Assembly: GCA_951406725.2 (NCBI GenBank)
Contig: OX597823.1
Location: forward strand, 76,694,001 to 76,758,000
Origin: Octopus vulgaris
Taxonomy: Eukaryota
Direction of reading: 5' to 3'
DNA: 64,000 bases
Below, in pieces: positions 53,826 to 64,000 of this stretch (its first letter is position 1; each line of letters starts with the position of its first letter). The translations under genes were made by a program, and so were the position numbers. Under the pieces are notes generated by a model, which was not told the DNA's origin, made no database searches, and saw nothing but the letters and a program-made list of their open reading frames with translations.

Positions 53826-55700
53826 TAGTACACATGCACATGTGTGCGCATGTGAATGTGTCTATGCATGAATGTGTATGTGTGACTGTGCATGTGAATG
53901 CAGGCGTATGTTTGCATGTGAAATACACATCAAATCACGTACTAAATTAAAGTGGAGTTAGATCAGTTGAACAAACAACATAATTCTCCATTGTCAAAAA
54001 AAAAAGAAAAAACAAAGGAAAATGCATCACCACTACCACCACCACCACCACCATAACCACCACCACTACCACCACCACCACCACTACCATCATCATCATC
54101 ATCATCATCATCATCATATCCACACATGTATGTGTATGGCATGTTTGTAAGTGCATACACATACACATACATATACACATTCAGAAATACACACACACAC
54201 GTGTGCACATGCAAAACCTCGTACATTCACATTCATTCACGCACAATATTTTCATTTATTTAATGCATTTTACTCATGAGTTTTCACCTTTCAAAATTCA
54301 ATACAGTCATTAGTTGCTGATTGATATTTCTATAACTGAAAATTTCATCTATTATTTGAACATTTCATCCAAAACTAAAACATTTATTGTACCAAAATTG
54401 CACCCAATTAGAGCATTTCTCTATTATAATTTTACTTATTCACTCACCTTCAACACTAATTTGAATTTACTGAAACATGTTTTAATTACATATCTGCATG
54501 TATGTGTATTTGTTAGCGTGTTCGTAAGAGTATTTTAGTGTGTGTGTGCATTTGTGTTTGTTTGTTTGCATTATGCAGTTTCTGTACAAGAGGTTGTGTG
54601 ACCTAAGTGAAATGCACCTGTGTGCACATATGCATTCGCATGTTAGTATGTGTTTGCTTTATTGAAAGCAGTATGACCTGAGAGCAATGTGACTGTTTGG
54701 ATCTATATGCATGCATGTGTGTGAGTAGGTGCATGTGTGCGAGTATGTGCACAGTGTATGTTAGTGCATGTCTGATTTTCTGTATGTAGGTGTGTGTATT
54801 TGTGCATGTATGATTTTGTGTATGTGTGTCTGTGTGTGTTTGTGCATCTCTATGTATTTACTAATGTTTTAGAAGCAGTATGATCTGAGCAAAGTAATTA
54901 CAATTTTGTTCTTTATTCAATTATATTTTCAATCATAAATCCAGTATTCTGTTAGATTTCTCGCTATAATGTCGCAATGCAAATACCTATTTTCTTTTTG
55001 TGCAGCAGAGCTGAGAAAATGAATCGCATGTTCTAGCAACAATAATATTTTGCTAAGAGCATTCATTTAATATATTACAGTGATTGTGACATTAACTTTA
55101 CCTAATTAGGCTTAACCTGGTGTTCATTTCAGACATAAAACAGGTTCAAGTTAAGGTTATGATTAAGGCAAGATTTGAACTCACCGTGTAATAAGAAGTT
55201 ACCGAGTACCTCAACCTAGTTTATCCAATGCTCTACTAATTTCAGCAACTAACAGCTATATCCATGTTTGTAATAATTAAAGCTAAGGAGATTAAATAAA
55301 ACTGCTTGACCTGCTAGAAATACAAGCTATTAGGTTGTCGCACGTGAAATGTCATGTTTGAAAAGTAATAATAAAATGTTTCAGAAGTGTTGAAGAACTG
55401 ATTCATATCAAACTAGCTGCTGCTAGCTACCTAGAACCCACAAAAGTAAAAAAGAGAGATAGCGACAATCAGAAAAATGGAAAATGTCCCTTACATTTGA
55501 AAACTATGGAAATATTTTTTAAAAAAGCATTTCATTTAATTTTTCCGTAATTTAATTGTTTTTCATGCTTTACTCTAAGCTGAAGAAGTCACAAAGACTA
55601 AAACCTGTACTAAAATGTTCTTCATAATAAAATTATTTTAGCATTTTCTACCTTGTCTTATTTTCCTTATACATATCAACTCATGTGTTCCTTTTCAACC

Positions 55701-55867
<167 letters not shown>

Positions 55868-57034
55868 TATGTATACAACTATATGAAACTTCTACCAGTT
55901 TGGCATGATACATACTAACATATATACATCCATTACTTGCATACACACATACTTCTATAAATACACACTCATATAGATGCATAAATTCTATGCATCCACT
56001 CATATTACTAAATCTGATACCTTAGCTTCACAATCTCGTTCATTATTTAGTATACCTAAGATTTATATTTTCCATATCTACTTAATCTTAAAAGCATATC
56101 TTATAAACCATTTTTTATTTTTTACTTTCAATCTTAACTTCATCTTTTCAGCAAGGATATATGTTCAGCAGAAAGTAATTGCATTTTACACAAGTTGAGC
56201 CACTACGCATCGTCTTAGAAACAAGGTTTTTATTACCAGTAAGCTCTCAGCATTATTTGATCATATTCATTGTATACATTCCACCAATCTCCAAACTTTC
56301 TTCTTAGGGATCTTGTCTACACTCTCTCTGCTTACTAGAAACTGTTGCCAAATATCCTGCAGAATGACATGCTCCTGTCTTAAATCTGGCGAGAACACAT
56401 TGCATAAAGTAGTCGTAGAAATACAAAATGGCAAGATGGCTATGGTTGAAATGTCAGTGAACTGTGAATATAAGTCTTCTGGATCAGAGGCTGACATGGC
56501 ATGCACAAGACCAACATCTATGGTTTTATTCTAATGTTTCTAAAAATTTTCATGCTGTTTTTTATGATAAGCTTTTATTAAAGAGTCCTAGTGCATAACC
56601 CAACCCCACCCTTACACAATCCAACCTCACCCTCCCTATCCATCCCACCCACCCCACCCCATCCCTTAAACCCACTTCCATATACACCACTCTACCCCAA
56701 CCCTCAGCCTAATCCACACCCCACCCTTGCTTTCGTCTCTCTTGCCTCCCCCACATCCCAACACTACCACACCACACACCATCACTCAACACAACACCAC
56801 ATCACATCACATCACAATGCACACACTAGCACTGACCACTTCCCAGCACCCACACCATCAGCCACACACCTACACATGCACACACGCACATGTCAAGGTC
56901 ATCAGCCCCATTCCACAAGCATTTACATGCTCTCTTACATGCATACACACCTTCGTTTTGCGATCACCAATACTTTATTATCTCCCCTTCTTCCTAGCTC
57001 TCCTGTATGACCACTCTGTCCCGTATTTGCCATA

Positions 57035-57240
57035 ATAGATAGCTAACCACTACACATTCTTTATTTTCTCTCTTTGCTTCTTTCTGTGTTCCTTTCTGTG
57101 GAAGTGCATAAGCTCGAAACATTAAGGACTTTTCGTAAGCTCGAAACCTTAAAGACCTTTTCACTTCCCGAGCATTAAACTAATACATCTGTTTGTTGTC
57201 TACATCACCTATCTTCGTCTTTTGTTTTGTTTTTTTTTGT
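57035..57240 (+). mobile_element. Decayed PLE pseudo-LTR with HHR-like motif and partial duplication
   Basis: cttt-ctgtgga-agtgc-ataa-gctc-gaaacatt-aagg, then a repeated taagctcgaaac. Confidence 0.45.
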
Positions 57241-57324
57241 GAAATTGGAAAATTTGTGAAATGCTGATATATATTGTCACAACATCTATTTGAGGTAAGC
57301 AATAAGCGTCACAATGCATGACAT

Positions 57325-57485
57325 CATATCAATACTCACAAATGTTCAAAATGTCTTCCATGCTCTTTGTGACAGCATCTTAATCGAGAAATCCAAGCTC
57401 ATGTAGCATTTTGAAGTGTAACTTGAGGGATGTCATACCAAGCTTTTATCAAGCAAGTTTTCAATTCATCAAGGACAGTTAGATA
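57325..57485 (-). mobile_element. Tc1/mariner-superfamily transposase C-terminal relic
   Basis: LDELKTCLIKAWYDIPQVTLQNAT*AWISRLRCCHKEHGRHFEHL. Confidence 0.6.
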
Positions 57486-58348
57486 GCATTGATATTTCTG
57501 ATCTGTGTTCCAATCCTGTCACAGTCATATCTATCTTCACTTTTACCAATGTCTATAAAATAATTATGTCTCAATTAACTTGCATTCATACAATTACCGT
57601 ACACCTCCCTCAAAATGTTCGTCTTCTGCCTGTGATTAAAATAATTTGTAATCTATTGAAATACTTATTATAATAATGCATCAACTGTAGTTTTGAAGAC
57701 AAAAAGCAAGATCTAAAATGTAAGTGGGCAGAAAAACTTCATAAACTTTACCATTAAGCTTTACAAAAATCCCTTTAGGGAGATTCCATGACAACTTTTC
57801 CAACGCAGCTAAAAAACAGCCCCTCAGTAAATTTACATAAATTTAACATGAGTGTAACCTGCTCTAAGGTTTGAATTTTAGAATAGAATTCCTTATATTG
57901 AAAATGAGAATGCATGGCTCCTGTCAGATGAATGCATTAATTATGTCAGCTAACTTTCTACCTAACATTTTTGTAAGCAAAGCTGACTAAGATATTCCAA
58001 CATCAAGGAGAACAGCAGTAACATTCATTTAATATAAACACCGAACTCATATATATTTATAAATAGAACAAATTTGTCACCAATAGAGGTAGATTTTGTT
58101 TTTTTTTACCAAACTTTCCATTTTAACATGTTACTTGGTTGCAAATCATCTGTTTTCTATTATTCTTGCACTAAGTTCTTTGACAATATTTTCTATTACA
58201 CAAGCTATCTAGATAAAAGAATCCATATATTACTTTGATACGTATATCAATACATTAATTATTTATATATTGTATCACACAGACATAGAATATATTATAA
58301 GAATATATGAGCATATAGCTTAGACACACAATATACAGCTCAAATATA

Positions 58349-58392
<44 letters not shown>

Positions 58393-58394
<2 letters not shown>

Positions 58395-58579
58395 TCATCA
58401 TCATCATCATCGTTTAGCGTCCGCTTTCCATGCTAGCATGGGTTGGACGGGTCAACTGGGGTCTGTGAAGCTGGAAGGCTTCGTCAGGCCCAGTCAGATC
58501 TGGCAGTGTTTCTACGGCTGGATGCCCTTCCTAATGCCAACCACTCCGTGAGTGTAGTGGGTGTTTTTTACGTGCCACC

Positions 58580-58583
<4 letters not shown>
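58393..58583 (-). mobile_element. RTE 3' UTR repeat (family A) between (TA)n tracts
   Basis: Family A blocks. Confidence 0.8.
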
Positions 58584-58618
<35 letters not shown>

Positions 58619-58625
<7 letters not shown>

Positions 58626-60430
58626 ATGATGCTCTGTTTGTTATCCCTAGTAATAATAAATCTGTTATAGAAAGGATTAGAAAGAAAATTAATAAGTTCT
58701 TTAAGGATTTCAACCTCAGTATAACGTATGAACCGGGCACTAAAATAGTTAACTTCCTAGATATTACGCTAGACCTTAACTCCAAGCTGCATTACCCATT
58801 TAGAAAGGAAGGCGAAATCACGAATTACGTAAATAAATTATCAAATCATCCCCCAAATATAATTGAATCTTTAGTAAGAAATATTTCATTAAGAATTTCA
58901 AAATTATCATCCAATAAGGATATATTTAACTCCCATTCTGAGCATTATAATGCGGCGTTAACTAAGGCTGGATACAACCAAAAGATTACATTCGTTGATA
59001 AGGAGAACTCACGTATTCCTAATAAGGAAGTTATCAGTAATCACGTAAGCAGCAATACAGACCAAGCCCGAAATAAAAGTAGAATTAAATTAACGGTAAA
59101 CGCTAATCTAACGTACAGGCCCAACAATTCAAATAGAAACATTGACCAGAACATAGGTAACTCGGATAATATCAAAGTAGATAAACCAAAGATGCACACA
59201 AATAAAAATAAAAATAATGGTAATAAATACAATAGCTCCGGTGAGATGAATAGTAATAATTCTACGAACCCTAAATTTAATAAAAAAGATATAATATGGC
59301 TGAATATTCCTTTCAACTGGGCGATACAATCGGATATACAGAACAAATTCAAAGTAATTCTGGAAAAAAATTTCCCAATCTCTCATAGATATCATAGAAT
59401 TATTTCTAGGAAAACAGTTAGGATTTCTTATTCAACCCTCCCAAATATGTCCACTTTAATAGCTAAGATTAATAATAACAACATTAAACTAGCCAGGAAA
59501 AATAGAAATAAAAATAATAATATCAGCATGAATACCAATAGCAATTATAATAATACTACCAACAATAGAAACAGCAATAGTAACTATCAAAACATGGGTG
59601 AAATTAGTTACCACAGAATGACTAATAACATTAACATTAATAGTAATAATAACAATACCGATATTAATAGAAGTAATAATGTTAATAATAGAAATAATAG
59701 AAATAAGGCTAATGGAGAAAATAAGGAGAATGAAAATATCAGTGATATCTATAACAACAATATGCAGTCGGATAAAAAGACTAACAATAATAGTAACATT
59801 ACCAATAATATAAGAAATCATGGTAGGACTTTAGACCTAAAAGATGAAACAGAAGGATCAATAAATAATAGCAATACTTTAGATATCAGCACCAACTATA
59901 GAAATATTAATAACAATAAGGACAATTATACTCATGATAATCAAAATAATAGGAACCTAAGACATCTACCCAAGAATAATCCAAAACCTGAAGTTGTTCC
60001 TCCTGTGTGTAAGTGTAGAATAAAATCAAAATGCCCGGCACCTGGTCTATGCGGGGAAAATAATGTAATCTATAAATGTACCATATCCACGGAGAATAAC
60101 AAATATCTTTACATTGGATGTACAATTAATTTTCTAGCCAGAGTTAGAAATCACATCTCGTCTTTTAAATTATGTCATAAAGCTGGTACCACCACACTTT
60201 CAAACAAAATCTGGGAACTCAAAAATAATAATAATAATTATAGCCTTAATTGGGAAATAGTTAGGAGAGCAATTCCGTATAAAAATAGCAGGGTTGGTTG
60301 CCAACTATGCTCCATGGAGACGTATGAAATTCTAAAGCATAGAAAACATAGAAACTTATTGAATAACCATATCGAACTAGGTCAAGTTTGTGTCCACGCT
60401 AAATTGAAGACTTTAAAATATTTTAAATGA
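58619..60430 (+). CDS. PLE polyprotein, 5'-partial: RT palm/thumb, Asn-rich linkers, CxCx5C, GIY-YIG endonuclease (603 aa, no stops)
   Basis: I translated 58619-59191 by hand; it is open and in frame with ORF 59192-60430. Motifs: YRDDAL, VNFLDITLDL, YVNKLSNHPP, YNAALTKAGY, IIWLNIPF, ISYSTLPNM, CKCRIKSKCP..C, VIY...YIG, R.RNH..SF, LSNKIWELK, CQLC..E, CVH. Confidence 0.9.
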
Positions 60431-61472
60431 TTAGAATATTCGTAACTAGATAGATAGATAGATATAACTTGATTTTTACTAGTATAGCACTGCTTTAAGT
60501 AGATAACTAAGAGTTCTCACACTACAGTTATCTTTTTCCTTATATCTGCATCAGTTTTTTGAGAACAGGGAAATGAATAGTACTTATACGCTGCTTAATT
60601 GAGGCTTTATTTAATTTCAAACTCATAATTTTAAATTTTTAAATCTTAATTTTAAATCTTAATTTTAATTTTTAATTTTAATTCTTAACTTAATCTAATT
60701 TAAGTAGCATAACTTTAATAAAATAAAAAGAGTTACTAAAGCCCCATAATTCTATTTCAAAATTAAATAAATAAGGCTACTCCCTCGGTGATAATATGAT
60801 TATCTTCATTATGATAGACAATTCCCTAACACCTTGTAAATGATCTTCTAAGATTTGACCTGTAGTCCGTCAATGTATGAATAATAACAGCAACTCCTTA
60901 AGACAGTAAAATGAATAAATTAAATAAATAAATTTTATTGACTTTTTGATAAGATTATACTTAGATTTTCCTAATGTATTTTCTTTTGATTTTAGCCTTT
61001 GACCCCTAAACCCCTAAACCCCTGACCGTGTTATCTCTTTAGATCCTCTTTAAATTCATAGCTGCTTTCGACAGCAATAAATTAGCTGTTTTACTGGTCA
61101 AAGAATAATATTCTCCTCTAGTTCCTAGATGCCTGTAAATTAAAACCAGACTTGCCGTCTACTAATTCTTCTGTATAACTAGAACCCTCTTTTTTCTTTT
61201 TCTTTTTTTCCCTTCTTTCCCTATTTCTTTCTCTTTTCTCTTTTTTCTTTTTCTTCTTCTTATTCTCTTTTTCTTTTTTTCTTTTTCCTTTTCTCTTCTC
61301 TTCTAGCCCCCCCCTTTTGCTCCCTCCCCCTTTATTTTCTCTCTTTCCTTCTCTTTCCTTCCCTTTTCTGTTCTTTGCCTCTCTAGAAAGCCCTTCAGCC
61401 TTTAAAAGTTAAATAGCTACAGTCTCTTGAAAATAGCAGTAATGTGATTAATGTGGCAAATACCTAATCATA

Positions 61473-61765
61473 TAGCAAGAATTGATACCCACCTCATTGT
61501 GTTCAACCATTGATAAATTTATCTCCTGTGAATATGAAATTCCTCTTCATTTCTCTGAAATTTACATCTACACCATTGGAAATTGTGCATCTATACAAAG
61601 GATTAATTCACCCTCTCGGTAATGCTAATAAGCAGGAATTGAAACCCACCTCGTTGTGATTAGCAATGGATAAATTTGTCTTCTGTGAGTATGTAATCCC
61701 TCCTCATATCTCTGGAAATTCATATGTACACTATGGATTAAGTCACCTTCTCTGTGATGCTATTA
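61473..61765 (+). repeat. Diverged direct duplication (about 135-160 bp) in the PLE 3' region
   Basis: agcaagaattgatacccacctc... at 61473 versus agcaggaattgaaacccacctc... at 61631. Confidence 0.8.
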
Positions 61766-61912
61766 AAACATTTTTAAAATTCTGTGATAAGACTGTACAT
61801 CATCTTTAAAGAACTTTAATGAACTTTGGAAATCTGTTTATGTTACTTAATTATCTACATTACTTCATGAGTATAGCCTCAACCACTAGGATGTCTAGAG
61901 AACTCACATGTA

Positions 61913-62003
61913 TTTTAGCTGATGAGTACGGGACACGTTTATATGCTGCAATTTTTGCAACTTTTAATAAAGCCTGTCCTTGTATGAAACGATTGTACTA
62001 AAA
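61913..62003 (+). ncRNA. Type I hammerhead ribozyme with extended stem II
   Basis: ttttag-CTGATGA-gtacgggaca...tgtccttgtat-GAAA-c(gatt)g-TA-ctaaaa; 6-bp stem I, predicted cleavage after A61997 (GUA). Confidence 0.85.
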
Positions 62004-62150
62004 ACCTATCCATTCTTGTTGCTTCTTTCTTGCTTATAATCACCCCACATTACTGTATTGTTAAAACCGTATAGTTTGTTTTGGTGCATCTAAGTTAGGT
62101 ACCATATTCAAGTAAATTCATTTAAATTAACTTGAATCTTTATTGCTTTT

Positions 62151-62186
<36 letters not shown>

Positions 62187-62189
<3 letters not shown>

Positions 62190-64000
62190 GTGTCGGTGGC
62201 ACATAAAGACACCATCCGAAGACCCGGCGACGTAGTCAGTCCACCTGTGCATACCTTCCCTCTTATGACACTTGTGAAGACCTGTTGAGGCAAGTGTGTG
62301 ACACTTGTGAAGACCTGTTGAGGCAGAGGCAAGTGTGTGACACTTGTGGAGACCTGTTGAGGCAAGTGTGTGACCCTTGTGAAGACCTGTTGAGGCAAGT
62401 GAAAATCAAAAATCAAATCAAACCAAATCAAAATAGATGAACATCAATGGAATTTGTATCTTTGTGGTTCCAGTACCGGTGGCACACAAGAAAACCATCC
62501 GAACGTGGCCGTAGCCAGTACCGCATCGACTGGCCTCCGTGCTGTGGGCACAACAAACACCATCTGATCGTGGCCGTTCGCCAGCCTCATCTGGCACCTG
62601 TGTCGGTGGCACATAAAAACACCATCCGAAGACCCGGCGACGTAGTCAGTCCACCTGTGCATACCTCCCCTCTTATGACACTTGTGAAGACCTGTTGAGG
62701 CAAGTGTGTGACACTTGTGAAGACCTGTTGAGGCAGAGGCAAGTGTGTGACACTTTGTGAAGACCTGTTGAGGCAGAGGCAAGTGTGTGACACTTGTGGA
62801 GACGTGTTGAGGCAAGTGTGTGACACTTGTGAAGACCTGTTGAGGCAAGTGAAAATCAAACCAAACTTGTGAAGACCTGTTGAGGCAAGTGAAAATCAAA
62901 CCAAATCAAAATAGATGAACATCAATGGAATTTGTATCTTTGTGGTTCCAGTACCGGTGGCACACAAGAAAACCATCCGATCGTGGCCGTTCGCCAGCCT
63001 CATCTGGCACCTGTGTCGGTGGCACATAAAAACACCATCCGAAGACCCGGCGACGTAGTCAGTCCACCTGTGCATACCTTCCTACTTATGACACTTGTGA
63101 AGACCTGTTGAGGCAAGTGAAAATCAAAATCAAAATCAAAATCAAATCAAATCAAATCAAACCAAATCAAAATAGATGAACATCAATGGAATTTGTATCT
63201 TTGTGGTACCACTACCGGTGGCACACAAGAAAACCATCCGAACGTGGCCGTAGCCAGTACCGCATTGACTGGCCTCTGTGATGTGGGCACATAACAAACA
63301 CCATCCGATCGTGGCCGTCCGCCAGCCTCATCTGGCACCTGTGTCGGTGGCACATAAAAACACCAACCGAAGACCCGGCAAGACTAGTCAGGCCATAACC
63401 CATGGCCCCTACTTGGGACGTAGTCAGTCCACCTGTGCATACCTTCCTTCCTTCTTGTGACACTTGTGAAGACCTGTTGAGGCAAGTGAAAATCAAATCA
63501 AATCAAATCAAAATAGATGAACATCAATGGAATTTGTATCTTGTGGTACCAGTGCCGGTGGCACACAAGAAAACCATCCGAACGTGGCCGTAGCCAGTAC
63601 CGCATCGACTGGCCTCCGTGCTGTGGGCATGCAACAAACACCATCCGATCGTGGCCGTTCGCCAGCCTCATCTGGCACCTGTGTCGGTGGCACATAAAAA
63701 CACCATCCGAAGACCCGGCAAGACTAGTCAGGCCATAACCCGTGGCCCCTACCTGGGACGTAGTCAGTCCACCTGTGCATACCTTCCTTCTTGTGACACT
63801 TGTGAAGACCTGTTGAGGCAAGTGAAAATCAAATCAAATCAAAACAAATCAAAATAGATGAACATCAATGGAATTTGTATCTTTGTGGTACCAGTGCCGG
63901 TGGCACACAAGAAAATCATCCGAACGTGGCCGTAGCCAGTACCGCATAGACTGGCCTCCGTGCTTGGGGACGTAACAAACACCATCCGATCGTGGCCGTC
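62187..64000 (+). repeat. Tandem array (about 260-480-bp units) derived from the RTE 3' UTR; runs off the window edge
   Basis: aaaatagatgaacatcaatggaatttg recurs at about 62430, 62908, 63168, 63510 and 63851; internal about 33-bp subrepeat gacacttgtgaagacctgttgaggcaagtgtgt. Confidence 0.9.

Larger units (their letters stand above)
58619..62151 (+). mobile_element. 5'-truncated Penelope-like retroelement (probably Hydra clade) inserted in (TA)n
   Basis: (TA)n on both sides (58584-58621, 62152-62186); RT-EN ORF; about 1.7-kb 3' region with an HHR. Confidence 0.85.

Noticed and set aside
53456-53928. Proline-rich formin/extensin-like ORF
   Set aside because: (GGT)n and (GAT)n microsatellite
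61003-61025. Telomere-like (CCCCTAAA)n in the PLE UTR
   Set aside because: Under three units, not the metazoan TTAGGG repeat, and only three G-tracts
61473-61765. Hidden coding or selenoprotein repeat in the PLE 3' duplication
   Set aside because: Only a slight third-position bias, and the frames examined on each strand contain stops. The PLE ORF has no internal TGA and I saw no convincing SECIS
62260-62900. CRISPR-like short direct repeats of about 33 bp
   Set aside because: No unique spacers, no cas genes, eukaryotic context; these are subrepeats of a LINE UTR

Overview
AT-rich, microsatellite-dense eukaryotic (animal) DNA. The repeat families resemble those of coleoid cephalopods (Octopus-like), which is an inference, not a database result. 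It reads as a large intronic or intergenic region. Nearly all entries in the ORF track are artefacts of (TA)n, (CA)n, (CAT)n, (AAT)n or (GAA)n tracts or of TE remnants. The only long intact reading frame belongs to a young, 5'-truncated Penelope-like retroelement (PLE) at about 58.6-62.15 kb. It runs from the RT YRDD motif through two long Asn-rich inserts and a CxCx5C motif to a GIY-YIG endonuclease, has a hammerhead ribozyme (HHR) in its 3' region and is inserted in (TA)n, which fits the Hydra clade. The window also holds a second apparently intact minimal HHR, several decayed HHR/pLTR relics and a tRNA-headed element carrying an HHR-like motif. Other notable structures are a 283-bp zero-spacer fold-back palindrome inside a retro-insertion with a 16-bp TSD, a nest of (TAA)n-targeting retroelements and a tandem array built from an RTE 3' UTR. 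The remainder is a Helitron, mariner/DD37D relics, MITEs, many SINEs and a few low-confidence short host exon candidates on the + strand.
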